A stretch of 61,159 bases of DNA, filler included, from Candidatus Omnitrophota bacterium (GCA_023140385.1; 4 parts of 4 records of this genome joined end to end with filler, not necessarily neighbours in it); one strand, 5' to 3'. Counted from the whole stretch's first letter, positions 20,502-31,330 are shown. Program-made: numbers and translations. The notes: a model not told the origin generated them from the sequence alone.

Positions 20502-21801
20502 ACATTATATGCGCAGGCTTAGATGGCTGATTCCCGGTATGGGTATTAAAAGATGGATATTTATGTCTATCGTGGGAGCTATCCTTGCTATCCTGGGCGC
20601 TTTTTTACTGGGCGGCGTAAAGATAGGCAGTTCCAGTATCATTTCAATAATTGCCGGCTTATTTATTTTACTGGTTGGCTTGTATTTTATTATTGCCGGT
20701 ATTCGGGAACTGGTAAGATTTATTATAAGTATGCTCTTGCCTCAGAGAGAAAGGGAGCTGATAGATATCGTTTACGCGAAAAGACACCTCTCCAAAGGGC
20801 CCAACATCGTAACTATAGGAGGAGGCACGGGCCTTTCAGTGCTTCTTCACGGCCTTAAAAAATATACAAGCAACATCAGCGCCATTGTTACGGTAACTGA
20901 TGATGGGGGCTCTTCCGGCCGTTTGCGCAGAGAGTTTGATATATTGCCTCCCGGAGACATTAGGGACTGCCTGGTAGCCTTAGCTGACGCGGAACCATTA
21001 ATGGGGGAGCTGTTTCAGTTTCGTTTTGAGAAGGAATCAGAATTGGGGGGGCATAATTTCGGCAATTTATTTATTACCGCGATGACTAAGCTTACGGGAG
21101 ACTTTGAAAAGGCCATTAAGGCCTCAAGTAGAATTTTGGCAATAAGAGGACAGGTAATTCCTTCTACATTGAGGAAAATTACGTTGATAGCCAAACATAA
21201 AAACGGAGAGACGACTAAAGGAGAGACAAAGATAAGCGAGGTTAGGGATCGTATTGATAAAATTTATCTGGATCCGCCGCACTGTGAACCGGCCGGAGAA
21301 GTTATAGAGGCTATAAATAGAGCGGATGCTATAATACTGGGGCCCGGGAGCCTTTATACCAGCATTATTCCCAATCTCTTGGTTAGGGGGGTGTCTGAAG
21401 CCATCTCCAACTCCAGCGCACCTAAAATTTACGTCTGTAATGTTATGACTCAATCTCACGAAACGGACGAGTATACTGCCAGTGAACACGTAGAGGCGAT
21501 AACCTCCCACACTAATTCTAAAACAATTGACTATGTTATTGTTAACACGCAGGAAATTCCCCGCAATTCCCGGGCCAAATATGAAGAAGAAAACGCCCAT
21601 CCCGTGGTTAATGACCTGTATAAAATTAGGGAGATGGGGCATAAGGTTATGGCGGTTGACGTAATAAATACCGTTGACCATGTTAGACACAACTCAGAAA
21701 AACTGGCCAGGATAATCATTGATTTAATTAGTGATATACCTGCCTGCCGCCAGGCAGGCCCGCCCCGCCAGGCGGGAAAAGTTAAAAGAACTAATAAATG
21801 A
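20485..21801 (+). CDS. yvcK: YvcK/CofD-family UDP-GlcNAc-binding protein with N-terminal TM helices
   Basis: GGGTGL, DDGGSSGRLR, PPGDIR, GPGSLYTS motifs. Confidence 0.9.
   Translation: MKRGIKHYMRRLRWLIPGMGIKRWIFMSIVGAILAILGAFLLGGVKIGSSSIISIIAGLFILLVGLYFIIAGIRELVRFIISMLLPQRERELIDIVYAKRHLSKGPNIVTIGGGTGLSVLLHGLKKYTSNISAIVTVTDDGGSSGRLRREFDILPPGDIRDCLVALADAEPLMGELFQFRFEKESELGGHNFGNLFITAMTKLTGDFEKAIKASSRILAIRGQVIPSTLRKITLIAKHKNGETTKGETKISEVRDRIDKIYLDPPHCEPAGEVIEAINRADAIILGPGSLYTSIIPNLLVRGVSEAISNSSAPKIYVCNVMTQSHETDEYTASEHVEAITSHTNSKTIDYVIVNTQEIPRNSRAKYEEENAHPVVNDLYKIREMGHKVMAVDVINTVDHVRHNSEKLARIIIDLISDIPACRQAGPPRQAGKVKRTNK
21739..21776 (+). repeat. Palindromic repeat copy E, in frame within the yvcK 3' end
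   Basis: CCTGCCTG-ccgc-CAGGCAGG followed by CCCGCC-ccgcca-GGCGGG; translated as PACRQAGPPRQAG. Confidence 0.8.
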
Positions 21802-22058
21802 TATTGAAAAAAATGCTTACTATAAAAAATAAAAGCGGCCTTCATGCCAGGCCGGCAGCCCTGTTTGTGCAGATTGCCAACAAATTTAATAGTGATATTA
21901 CCATCAAAAAGGGTAATGAGGAGGTTAACGGCAAGTCTATAATGGGCATAATGACACTGGCGGCTGAATGCGGAAGCAGAATCAGTCTGAGGATAGAAGG
22001 AGAAGACGCCGAGGATGTTTTGAGAGAACTGGAGTTATTTTTAGAGAAGTCTGATTAA
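21798..22058 (+). CDS. ptsH: Phosphocarrier protein HPr
   Basis: GLHARPA (His15) and NGKSIMGIM (Ser46) motifs. Confidence 0.95.
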   Translation: MILKKMLTIKNKSGLHARPAALFVQIANKFNSDITIKKGNEEVNGKSIMGIMTLAAECGSRISLRIEGEDAEDVLRELELFLEKSD

Positions 22059-22071
22059 CTTAGGAGTAAAA

Positions 22072-23823
22072 ATGGTCATAAAAGGTATAGCGGCCTCACC
22101 TGGTATAGTTATAGGAAAGGCTTTTTTGATAAACAGCCAGACTCTTTCCATTACCAAGCGCAAGATTCCCAAAGAAGAACTTCCTCTTGAGATTGCCCGC
22201 TTTGAAGAGGCTTTGATAAAGACGCGCTCCGAAATCATTGAGGTGAAGAAAAAAATTACTAATGAATTAGGAGGTGAGCATGGCGAGATTTTTGATGCTC
22301 ACTTGCTGGTCTTGGAAGACAGGGCTCTTATTGAAGAGGTTATCGCGGGGCTAAAGAAAGACAGAGCTTCGGTAGAGTATGTCTTTTCCCGCGTCCTCGA
22401 AAGATATACAAGCGCCTTTACCAGGATTGATGACGAATATTTAAGGGAGCGTTTAAGTGATATCCAAGACGTGGGCAAGAGAATTTTGCAGAATCTTTTA
22501 GGCGGAGAGAAAACGATGCTGAAAGACCTGAAGGAGGAGGTTATCGTAGTTGCTTACGATCTTTCGCCCAGCGATACCGCCTCTATGCAAAGGGATAAAG
22601 TAAAAGCTTTCATAACTGACATAGGCGGCCGAACGTCGCACACGGCCATTATGGCCAGGTCTTTAGAGATACCGGCTGTAATAGGGGTGGAGATAGGAAC
22701 CAGGGAAATAAAAAACGGCGATACCGTTATCGTTGACGGCAACTGCGGTTTGGTTTTAGTTAATCCGGATAGAGTTACTATTCAGAAGTTTCGCAAAAGC
22801 AAGAAAGAATTAGCCGAGTTACAAAGAGACCTTGTAAAGATTAGAAAACTTCCTGCCAAGACGAAAGACGGATATCATGTGCAGCTGTCGGCAAATATTG
22901 AATTTCAGGAGGAGCTGTCCTCTGTTATTTCTCACGGAGCGGACGGTATCGGGCTTTACAGGACAGAGTACTTTTATATGAACAGAAGCGGCTTGCCAAC
23001 GGAAGATGAGCATTTTGAGGCTTACAAAAAGGTGGCTGAGAAGATAAAACCGCAGACGGTTATCATAAGAACTATGGATTTAGGAGGTGATAAGTTTATC
23101 TCTCAGCTTGAAGTTCCTCGAGAGTTGAATCCTTTTTTAGGCTGGCGGGCTATAAGATTTTGTCTGGCACGCCCCGAGATTTTCAAGGTTCAGTTAAGAG
23201 GAATATTAAGGGCCAGCGCTTACGGCAGCCTTAAGCTTATGTATCCAATGATCTCCGGAGTGGAGGAGCTGAAGGAGGCTAATAAAATTTTAGAGAAGTG
23301 CAAGCGTGAACTTGAAAAGGAAAAGATTAATTATAACAGAGATATTGAAGTTGGCGCCATGATTGAAATACCCTCCGCGGCCTTGACTTCTGACATTTTG
23401 GCCAATGAGGTTGACTTTTTCTCAATTGGAACCAATGACTTAATTCAGTATTCATTGGCCGTCGACAGATCGAATGAAAAAATTGCCTATCTTTATAATC
23501 CGGCCCATCCGGCTGTTTTGCGTCTCATTCAGAATGTTATTAATACCGGCCACAATAAGGGGCTCTGGGTTGGTATGTGCGGTGAAATGGCGGCAGATCC
23601 GGCTATGGCTCTTCTCTTGCTTGGCATGGGCTTGGATGAGTTTAGTACTTCCCCCTTGGTGGTGCCCCAAATAAAGAAACTTATAAGGTCTGTCAGGATG
23701 GAAGATGCCCAGAAGATGGCCAAAGAGGCGCTTAAGCTTTCGTCGGGCAATAGGATAAAAAAGTTTGTGGAGGAAAAGTTAAAAAGAATCGCGCCGGAAT
23801 TCATAACGGGAAAAGGCAGGTAA
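22072..23823 (+). CDS. ptsI: PEP-protein phosphotransferase (Enzyme I)
   Basis: GGRTSHTAI, GLYRTE, NPFLGWRAIR, FSIGTNDL, CGEMA motifs. Confidence 0.97.
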   Translation: MVIKGIAASPGIVIGKAFLINSQTLSITKRKIPKEELPLEIARFEEALIKTRSEIIEVKKKITNELGGEHGEIFDAHLLVLEDRALIEEVIAGLKKDRASVEYVFSRVLERYTSAFTRIDDEYLRERLSDIQDVGKRILQNLLGGEKTMLKDLKEEVIVVAYDLSPSDTASMQRDKVKAFITDIGGRTSHTAIMARSLEIPAVIGVEIGTREIKNGDTVIVDGNCGLVLVNPDRVTIQKFRKSKKELAELQRDLVKIRKLPAKTKDGYHVQLSANIEFQEELSSVISHGADGIGLYRTEYFYMNRSGLPTEDEHFEAYKKVAEKIKPQTVIIRTMDLGGDKFISQLEVPRELNPFLGWRAIRFCLARPEIFKVQLRGILRASAYGSLKLMYPMISGVEELKEANKILEKCKRELEKEKINYNRDIEVGAMIEIPSAALTSDILANEVDFFSIGTNDLIQYSLAVDRSNEKIAYLYNPAHPAVLRLIQNVINTGHNKGLWVGMCGEMAADPAMALLLLGMGLDEFSTSPLVVPQIKKLIRSVRMEDAQKMAKEALKLSSGNRIKKFVEEKLKRIAPEFITGKGR

Positions 23824-23826
23824 GGC

Positions 23827-24897
23827 TTGAATAATCTGAATGACATTGAGCTAATACGCGGGATAGATAGAGATAATATGGGTTGTTTTTTAACCGGTTT
23901 TGCCGATCAGTGCCTTGAAGCGGAACAAATCGGCTTAGAGGCCAAGCTGCCCCGAAGATATATTAATAAAGAATTTAAAAACGTTGTTCTTTGCGGTATG
24001 GGCGGTTCGGCTATTAGCGCGGATCTCATCAGGGAGTATCTCAAGTATGAAATTAAATTGCCCGTAATCGTAAACAAGGATTACAGATTAGCGGACTTTG
24101 TTGGCAGAGACACGCTTCTTATCGTTTTAAGTTACTCCGGTAATACCGAAGAAACTGTTTCAGCTTTTAGAGCGGCTTTAAAAAAGAAGGCGGCGATTGT
24201 CGTGTTTTCTTCGGGAGGCAAGCTCAAGAGGTTGTCTCTGAAGAGCCGCGTTCCTTTTATAAAGATTCCCGCGGGGTACGCGCCCCGCTGCGCGCTGGGT
24301 TACCTTTTCTTTTCCTGCCTGGTAATTTTATCAAGGTGCGGTATGATTAAAAGCAAAAAAAAGGAGATTAAAAAAACCGTTAGGTTGATACGAAATGTAG
24401 GCTGTCTGATGACTCCCCATGTAAGCGTTAAAGACAATGAAGCTAAAAGAATAGCCGAAGAGCTCTATGGCAGATTTGTTGTTATTTACGGCTCTACCTC
24501 CACGACAGAGGTTCCCGCTTTAAGATTGAGGAGCCAACTGGCTGAAAACAGCAAGTCTCTTTCTTCGGTTCACCTGCTTCCTGAGATGAACCACAATGAA
24601 ATAGTCGGCTGGCAGCATCCGGGGAGGTTATTAAAAAATTTCGCGGCGGTTTTTTTAACCGATGAATACGATTTAAAGGAAATGCAAAAAAGGATAAAAA
24701 TAAGTTGGAGAATAATAGAAAAGACGGGCGCTAAGGTTATAGGTATCCGTTCAGCCGGCGATAGTTTGCTTAGCCGGATGTTCAGCCTGATTTGTATAAG
24801 CGACTGGATTAGCTATTATCTGGCGGTTTTAAACGGCGTTAATCCTATGCCGGTCAAGATGATAGAGTACCTGAAAAAAGAGATATCCAGGAGGTAA
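23827..24897 (+). CDS. Bifunctional phosphoglucose/phosphomannose isomerase
   Basis: GMGGSA, SYSGNTEET, ENSK, PEMNHNEIVG motifs. Confidence 0.9.
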   Translation: MNNLNDIELIRGIDRDNMGCFLTGFADQCLEAEQIGLEAKLPRRYINKEFKNVVLCGMGGSAISADLIREYLKYEIKLPVIVNKDYRLADFVGRDTLLIVLSYSGNTEETVSAFRAALKKKAAIVVFSSGGKLKRLSLKSRVPFIKIPAGYAPRCALGYLFFSCLVILSRCGMIKSKKKEIKKTVRLIRNVGCLMTPHVSVKDNEAKRIAEELYGRFVVIYGSTSTTEVPALRLRSQLAENSKSLSSVHLLPEMNHNEIVGWQHPGRLLKNFAAVFLTDEYDLKEMQKRIKISWRIIEKTGAKVIGIRSAGDSLLSRMFSLICISDWISYYLAVLNGVNPMPVKMIEYLKKEISRR

Positions 24898-24900
24898 AAT

Positions 24901-25650
24901 ATGAAGGCTTTAATTTTAGCGGCCGGTTACGCTACGAGGCTATATCCTTTGACAAAGAACAAGGCCAAGCCCCTGCTTCCCATTAACGGCAAACCGATAA
25001 TTAATTACATTCTTGAGCGCCTGGAGACGGTTAAGGAAATTGACAAGGTCTTTGTGGTTACCAACGATAAATTTTATATAGACTTTCTTGACTGGAAAAG
25101 TTTAGCTTACTTCCGGAAAGAGATAGAAGTTATTAATGACGGAACACTTGAAGATCAAGAAAAACTCGGCGCTATAGGCGACATTGATTTTGTAATAAAC
25201 AGCCGGCAGATAAAGGATGATTTACTGATTATCGCGGGTGATAATTTATTTAATTTTAATATTGTGGATTTTGTCCAAAAAAGTTATAATATGAAGCCTT
25301 CGGTTTCTATGGGGGTTTATGATCTTAAAGATAAAAGACTTGCCGGTCTTTATGGTATAGTTAAGCTGAACGGACAAAACCGGATTGTAGATTTTGAAGA
25401 AAAACCGCGCTTGCCGAAAAGCAGTCTCGCGGCAGCCGGTATTTACCTGATACCGGAGAGCGCGATAGAACTGGTAGCGTCTTATCTAAAAGAGGGCAAC
25501 AGCCCTGATCAGCCGGGCCACTTTATAAGCTGGCTCTACAAGGTTAACAAGGTCTATGGTTTTCAGTTAGCCGGTGATTGGTTTGATATTGGCAGTCTTG
25601 AGTGTTATAAAAAAGCAGATGAACTATACAAGGAGAAAAAGAGTGATTAA
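24901..25650 (+). CDS. Sugar-phosphate nucleotidyltransferase (NTP_transferase family)
   Basis: [30 protein letters not shown] motifs. Confidence 0.88.
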   Translation: MKALILAAGYATRLYPLTKNKAKPLLPINGKPIINYILERLETVKEIDKVFVVTNDKFYIDFLDWKSLAYFRKEIEVINDGTLEDQEKLGAIGDIDFVINSRQIKDDLLIIAGDNLFNFNIVDFVQKSYNMKPSVSMGVYDLKDKRLAGLYGIVKLNGQNRIVDFEEKPRLPKSSLAAAGIYLIPESAIELVASYLKEGNSPDQPGHFISWLYKVNKVYGFQLAGDWFDIGSLECYKKADELYKEKKSD

Positions 25651-26007
25651 AAAAGATTCTCATTTATTTACTTCAGAGTCGGTTACCGAAGGGCATCCGG
25701 ATAAGATAGCAGACCAGATTTCAGACTCTATTCTGGATGCTATATTTTCAGAGGATCCAAATGGCCGCGTCGCCTGTGAGACACTGGTAACGACAGGCCT
25801 GGCCTTTGTGGCAGGTGAAATTACCACAAGCTGCTACGTGGACGTTCCGGCAGTTGTAAGAAAGACTATAAAGGAGATCGGTTATACGGAGCCGGAGTAT
25901 GGTTTTGATTATAAAACCTGCGGAGTTATAACCGCTATTCAGGCGCAATCTCCTGATATATCAATGGGTGTAGACACCGGCGGGGCAGGTGACCAGGGAA
26001 TGATGTT
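25643..26007 (+). CDS. metK: S-adenosylmethionine synthetase, N-terminal part (truncated by gap)
   Basis: [28 protein letters not shown] start 25643 after AGGAG. Confidence 0.96.
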
Positions 26008-26107
26008 NNNNNNNNNNNNNNNNNNNNNNNNNNNNNNNNNNNNNNNNNNNNTTAATTAATTAANNNNNNNNNNNNNNNNNNNNNNNNNNNNNNNNNNNNN
26101 NNNNNNN
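26008..26107. other. Artificial contig linker
   Basis: N-run with TTAATTAATTAA. Confidence 0.98.
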
Positions 26108-26652
26108 TTAATCAACTCCGCCGAAATTTTATGAACATCTGAAGTAGTGTTGGGATACTTGTAAAATCCCGTATCGGTGGCTATGCCCGTGTAGAGAAGC
26201 AGGGCGGTTTTTTTATCTATTTTTACTTTCATTTCTTTAAAAAGCCGGTAAAGAATCTCTGCCGTGGAAGCGGACTTTGGGTCTTTCAGACACAAGTTTA
26301 CCGGCGGGAGGCATTTGCCGGGATGGTGGTCAATGGTTATAATCAGGTGGTTTTTAATTAAAGCCGACACCTTCCCTATTCTTGTAAGGCCGGGGCAATC
26401 CAGAATCAGGGCCGCCTCAAAACTGCCTTTAAATGACAAAATGTTTGTCTTGATTTTATCGATATCCGGCAAAAAATTATACGCGGCGGGAACGGCGGAG
26501 TCAGCTATCAGGTACACCTTTTTCCCTTTTGCCCTGAGGACTCTTGCCAGAGCCAGTTGACAGCCCAGGGCGTCACAGTCAGGATTTATATGCGAAGCTA
26601 TTAGGAAAGATTTACGCGCATTAAGAGCCTTGATCACTTTTTTAAAGTTCAT
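26108..26652 (-). CDS. nrnA: DHH-family nanoRNase/pAp phosphatase (3' truncated)
   Basis: HINPDCDA, IDHH, TDTG motifs; follows rbfA. Confidence 0.88.
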
Positions 26653-27007
26653 TTTTATCTTTTTCCTTCTTTTTTTCTTCTATCTGTCTGAAAAGTTTTT
26701 CTATGCGCATACCTTCATTAATAGACTCGTCTTCATAAAACTTCAGATCAGGCAGATAGCGAAGCGTTATTTTTTCAGATAACCGGCGCTTAATGTATTT
26801 AGAGGCCTTATTGACAGCCTTTAAGGCGGTGTCTTTCTTTTCATCACCTATTACGGTTATATATACCTTTGCCAGGCGTAAGTCGGAGCAGGTTTTAACT
26901 CTGGTAACGGTTATAAAACCGATAGCCGGGTCATCCAGTCCCTGCTGGATAATTTTGCTTATCTCCTCTTTAAGCAGTTGATCAACTCTATTAAGCCTCT
27001 GATTCAT
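26642..27007 (-). CDS. rbfA: Ribosome-binding factor A
   Basis: RLNRV...DP.IGFITVTRV..SDLR.AKVY...LRYLPDLKF.ED.S. Confidence 0.94.
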   Translation of the reverse strand: MNQRLNRVDQLLKEEISKIIQQGLDDPAIGFITVTRVKTCSDLRLAKVYITVIGDEKKDTALKAVNKASKYIKRRLSEKITLRYLPDLKFYEDESINEGMRIEKLFRQIEEKKKEKDKNEL

Positions 27008-29621
27008 TAGATAGCCTCCGTCTTAAGAAGTTTATCTCGTCACCTTTACATTTAAAGCCTTCATCCAGTTTTTTATATAGAAGTTCGTCCATAATTTTTT
27101 TGAATTCAGCTGAGGGTTTAAGGCCCATTTTTTTCAGGTCTTCACCGTTAATTTTTATTTTTATCTTTCTATAATTAGTCAGGTACCTTTTTACACGGCC
27201 GGTAAGCCGTCCGGCGGCGCTTTTAGTTAATAACATAACGATAAATTCATCCGGACAGGCGGCGAGCAGCCGGTAAATATGGCTGGGCTTTATCCGCTTT
27301 TTGCCGCTTAGGGCATTAAGCACTTTTTTGTTGTTTTTCGCATAGAGGCACACAGTATCTCTGTCGCGCCGCGAAAAAACGAAGCGCCCGGCTACAGAGA
27401 AGGCCTCTTGAAAAGTTAGGTTGTCCGCCAGGGCCAGGAAATACACAAGCCAGTTTTTTAGCGGAAGCTTGACAGTTTTTTTAAACCAGGTGATGTTGTT
27501 TTTTATCTTTTTGAAATAGCCGGTTGTCTTTTTTGTTAACTTTATATTTTTGTGGATAAAACGCAGTTCATGCAGCTGCTTCATTCTCTTGACACCTTTT
27601 AAAGGATTGTTTTCCGATAGAATAGGAATTATCTCATTCCGCATTCTTTCACCGGCAATCTTTTCAAACATATCCATATGAACCGCTGTTTTTATCAGAT
27701 GCTCTGTCTTTTTATCTATGGCAAAATCAAAGCGCTGCTCAAACCTCACAGCTCTAAAGATGCGGGTGGGATCTTCCATGAAGCTGAGGTTGTGCAGGAC
27801 GCGTATTTTTTTTGCCTTTATGTCTTTTTGTCCGCCGTAGAAGTCTATAAGCATGCCGAAGTTGTCTTTATTTAGGCCGGCGGCCATCGCGTTAATAGCA
27901 AAGTCCCTGCGCCCCAGGTCATTTTTTATCGAGCTGAATTCTACAGTTGGTAGGGCTGCCGGATATTCATAAAATTCTGTCCGCGAGGAAGCGACATCTA
28001 TTCTGAAACCGCCGGGCAGAATAATGATAGCTGTGCCGAAACGCTTGTGAATGATGAGAGTACCGCCGATTTTTTTAGATAGTACTTTGGCAAATTCAAT
28101 TGCCTCACCTTCTACCACCAGGTCGATATCCAGATTTTCTCGCTTCAATATCAAGTCTCTTACAAAACCGCCTACTACGTAAGCTTTGAAACCGCGGCTG
28201 TCCGCCATGTCCCCGATTTTTTTTAAAAGCCCGTATGTATTGACCGGCAGTTTGTTTTTCATTATTCCACTTAGATCGCGGGCGTGAAGCTGAAATTTTT
28301 CGCCTCCGGCGCGCTTTGTAAGTATTTTAGTACTGAAATTTTTGTGCAAGAACCTCAAGATGTTATTCCTTGTTACGATACCGGTTATCTTATTGTTTTT
28401 AAGTATGGGGACGCGGCCTATGTTTTTTTCGAATATTATTTTTTGAATGTCAGAGATCGAAGTGTTTTCTTTAGCGCAAATAACATCTTTTGACATATAT
28501 CCCTTAATTCTGGAGTGGCCGAAGTCGTGATAGATGGCCTTATCCAGGTCTCCGCTGGTAATTATACCGGCTACTTTGCCCTTTTCTAAAACGGGCATTC
28601 CGCCGATGTTATATTTAGTCATCAGCCTTTTGGTATTATTTATTGTTTCGGATTCATTGACTGTTTTGACCGGAGAACTCATAATATCTTTGGCAAATAC
28701 CTCGGGCTTGATGTTCTTTTTTAACAGTTCAATAATTTTACTTGCAGCCTCAGTCAAGTTCTTCCCTCTAATTATAGAGGAAGACGCGGAGCTGTGGCCC
28801 CCGCCGCCAAAGAAGGCCGCTATTTTATTGACGTCAACCGAAGGAAGGCTGCTTCTGGCTATCATTTGAATTTTTGAGCCTATTTTTACCAGAACAAATA
28901 TCACGCGGAAATTTTCTATATCAATTAATCTATGGGTAAGAATTGCCAAGTCGGCTATATACTTTTCGTACGCCATAGACGAAATAGCGATATGGATACC
29001 GTTTATAAGGTAAGTCCGCGTCTTTTGGATAAGTTTGATTAGGATTGACAACTCTTCTTCGGTTAGTTCGCGGTTGAGGTGGCGCGCGACTATGTTCAAT
29101 CGTAACCCCTGTTTAAAAAGATAGCTGAGGGCGTCAACATCTTCCGCGGATGTTGTTCTGAAGGTTAACGAGCCCGTGTCCTCGTAAATTCCCAGCCCCA
29201 TCACGGTTGCCTCAAAAGGTGTTATCCGGATTTTTCTTTTGATTAGCTCCTTTATTAGTATGGTCACGGTGGCTCCGATTTTGCGTGATACCTCTTTATC
29301 GGCTTTTATGTCTTTTGAGGTAATCGGATGATGATCATAAATGTGGACTTTTATTTTTTTATTATTTAAAACTGCCGCTGCCCTGCCTATCCTACTTTTC
29401 AGGCGGGTATCAACGACTATCAGGCGCTTGACGCGGCCGAAATCAAAGTGCCTTTCGTCCTTTAGTTCAAAAAGATCCTGATATAGAGCTAAAAAGCCCC
29501 GCACTTGTTTCTCCGGTGAATGAGGAAGAATGACGGAAGCTTGAGGATACAATTTTTTAGCCGCTACAAGAGAGGCCAGTGAATCAAAGTCACCGTTTAT
29601 ATGAGTTACAATTAAATCCAA
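26991..29621 (-). CDS. tRNA nucleotidyltransferase (A-adding or CCA-adding) with DHH/DHHA1 and CBS domains
   Basis: N-terminal DFD/DHH/GGGH, two CBS domains, GGFVRD, DID, RRDF, EDPTRIFR motifs. Confidence 0.88.
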   Translation of the reverse strand: MDLIVTHINGDFDSLASLVAAKKLYPQASVILPHSPEKQVRGFLALYQDLFELKDERHFDFGRVKRLIVVDTRLKSRIGRAAAVLNNKKIKVHIYDHHPITSKDIKADKEVSRKIGATVTILIKELIKRKIRITPFEATVMGLGIYEDTGSLTFRTTSAEDVDALSYLFKQGLRLNIVARHLNRELTEEELSILIKLIQKTRTYLINGIHIAISSMAYEKYIADLAILTHRLIDIENFRVIFVLVKIGSKIQMIARSSLPSVDVNKIAAFFGGGGHSSASSSIIRGKNLTEAASKIIELLKKNIKPEVFAKDIMSSPVKTVNESETINNTKRLMTKYNIGGMPVLEKGKVAGIITSGDLDKAIYHDFGHSRIKGYMSKDVICAKENTSISDIQKIIFEKNIGRVPILKNNKITGIVTRNNILRFLHKNFSTKILTKRAGGEKFQLHARDLSGIMKNKLPVNTYGLLKKIGDMADSRGFKAYVVGGFVRDLILKRENLDIDLVVEGEAIEFAKVLSKKIGGTLIIHKRFGTAIIILPGGFRIDVASSRTEFYEYPAALPTVEFSSIKNDLGRRDFAINAMAAGLNKDNFGMLIDFYGGQKDIKAKKIRVLHNLSFMEDPTRIFRAVRFEQRFDFAIDKKTEHLIKTAVHMDMFEKIAGERMRNEIIPILSENNPLKGVKRMKQLHELRFIHKNIKLTKKTTGYFKKIKNNITWFKKTVKLPLKNWLVYFLALADNLTFQEAFSVAGRFVFSRRDRDTVCLYAKNNKKVLNALSGKKRIKPSHIYRLLAACPDEFIVMLLTKSAAGRLTGRVKRYLTNYRKIKIKINGEDLKKMGLKPSAEFKKIMDELLYKKLDEGFKCKGDEINFLRRRLSNESEA

Positions 29622-29640
29622 AAAACTATCCTCTCTTTAA

Positions 29641-29771
29641 TAGCGTTTAGCGCATAGCGTATAAAACAAGTATAATTTATTACAATAGCGGATAGGGCTT
29701 TACTATACACTAAACGCTGTTTTGTTATACACAATATAAACTATACGCTATCCGCTATACGCCATACGCTA
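29641..29771. repeat. 7-nt periodic imperfect inverted array (TAGCGTA units)
   Basis: Left TAGCGTT-TAGCGCA-TAGCGTA; the right arm in reverse complement reads TAGCGTA-TGGCGTA-TAGCGGA-TAGCGTA. Confidence 0.8.
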
Positions 29772-29772
29772 T

Positions 29773-30663
29773 TTACGGTCTGGGATGATATTTTTTGTGA
29801 ATTGATTTTAGGCGTTCCTTGTTTATGTGCGTGTATATTTGCGTTGTAGAAATATTGCTATGCCCCAGCATTTCCTGAACGATTCTCAAGTCAGCTCCTC
29901 TTTCCAGCAGGTGTGTGGCAAAGGAGTGTCTCAAGGTATGCGGGCTGACATCTTTCTTTATTTTAGTCTGCTTAAGGTATTTTTTAATCATTTTCCAGAA
30001 GGTCTGCCTGGACATTCTTTTCCCCAGCCGCGTAAGGAACAGAGAGTCTGAAGCGCTAGCTTTTTTCAGTAGGCTGGGCCTTACCTTTTTCAGGTACCTC
30101 TCAATAGCTCTGGCCGCCTCCTTCCCAAATGGGATAATTCTTTCCTTGCTCCCCTTACCCTTACATTTAATGAAGCCAATTTCGAGATTAAGGTTGCCGC
30201 GGGTAAGGCCGGTAATTTCAGAGGCCCTCATGCCGGTAGCATATACAAGCTCGAGAACGGCTTTGTCTCTTATCCCCAGCCAATTTTTTAAGTTTGGCCT
30301 TTTAAGAATCCTCTCAACCTCTTCCAAATTTAGCACTTCCGGCAGTTTATGCCAGAGTTTAGGAGTTTCGAGAACACTTGATATATCGCGCTTCAAATAT
30401 CTTTCCATCACCAGAAAACGGTAAAATCCTTTAATGGCCGCCAGGCGCCGGCTAATAGAGTTAGAAGATAAGCCGGCGTCTTTTTCGCGCATAATAAAAT
30501 TAACAATGTCATCTTTGGTAGTTTGCTCAATAGCCGTAACGCGCTTTAGCCGGAGATGTGATATGTATTTTTTTAAATCCTGACGGTAGGCATAAAGAGT
30601 GTTGTCTGCCAGGCCCCTTTCAACGGAAAGATAATTTATAAACTCATCAATTAATTTCTTCAC
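29773..30663 (-). CDS. xerD: Site-specific tyrosine recombinase XerD
   Basis: [46 protein letters not shown]. Confidence 0.92.
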   Translation of the reverse strand: MKKLIDEFINYLSVERGLADNTLYAYRQDLKKYISHLRLKRVTAIEQTTKDDIVNFIMREKDAGLSSNSISRRLAAIKGFYRFLVMERYLKRDISSVLETPKLWHKLPEVLNLEEVERILKRPNLKNWLGIRDKAVLELVYATGMRASEITGLTRGNLNLEIGFIKCKGKGSKERIIPFGKEAARAIERYLKKVRPSLLKKASASDSLFLTRLGKRMSRQTFWKMIKKYLKQTKIKKDVSPHTLRHSFATHLLERGADLRIVQEMLGHSNISTTQIYTHINKERLKSIHKKYHPRP

Positions 30664-30694
30664 TTCTTTAGGCCTTTCTCTATTCGTCTCCGCG

Positions 30695-31330
30695 TTATAA
30701 AAAAGGATTAAGTTTTTTCTCTCTACCTATAGTGGTTGCCGGGCCGTGGCCCGGATAGACGCGGGTTTTGTCCGGCAAAACCATCAGCTTATCTCTTATT
30801 GAACACATTAACTCCTTTTCAGAGCTTCCGGGCAGGTCGCTTCTGCCTATGCCGTCGAAAAAGAGCGTATCACCGGTAAAAATTATATCCTTATAATAAA
30901 GACATATACTGCCGGGGCTGTGACCCGGAGTGTGAATAACCCGTAGGGGGATGCCGGCGGCATTAATAAGTTCATTGTCCTTTAAAAGATTTGGGACATT
31001 AAGAAAAGATACGCGCCCTCCTTCTATTAACCCTGACAGGTTTAATAGCGGGTCTCTTAAAAAAGCCGCGTCTTTTTCGTGTATATAAACCGGAACGGCA
31101 AAGTCCTCATTTGCCTGAATGTGATCTATGTGGCCGTGGGTATTAATGACGCATCTAAGATTAAAACCGTACTCTTTTATAATTTGCCTGATTTGAGTTA
31201 CAGGCCGGCAGGGATCTATCAGGCAGGTATCTTTTGTTTTCGTAGATGCCAGGACATAGGTATTGCTTCCAAAGGGACCCAACACAAACCTCTTGATATA
31301 AACATCTCCCTTTATCTCATTTTCTATCAT
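30695..31330 (-). CDS. Metallo-beta-lactamase-fold hydrolase (YcbL/GloC-like)
   Basis: [23 protein letters not shown] motifs. Confidence 0.9.
   Translation of the reverse strand: MIENEIKGDVYIKRFVLGPFGSNTYVLASTKTKDTCLIDPCRPVTQIRQIIKEYGFNLRCVINTHGHIDHIQANEDFAVPVYIHEKDAAFLRDPLLNLSGLIEGGRVSFLNVPNLLKDNELINAAGIPLRVIHTPGHSPGSICLYYKDIIFTGDTLFFDGIGRSDLPGSSEKELMCSIRDKLMVLPDKTRVYPGHGPATTIGREKKLNPFL

Noticed and set aside
29773..30663. Tyrosine recombinase as a prophage or island integrase
   Set aside because: Sequence and length are typical of housekeeping XerD; no phage genes or att sites nearby
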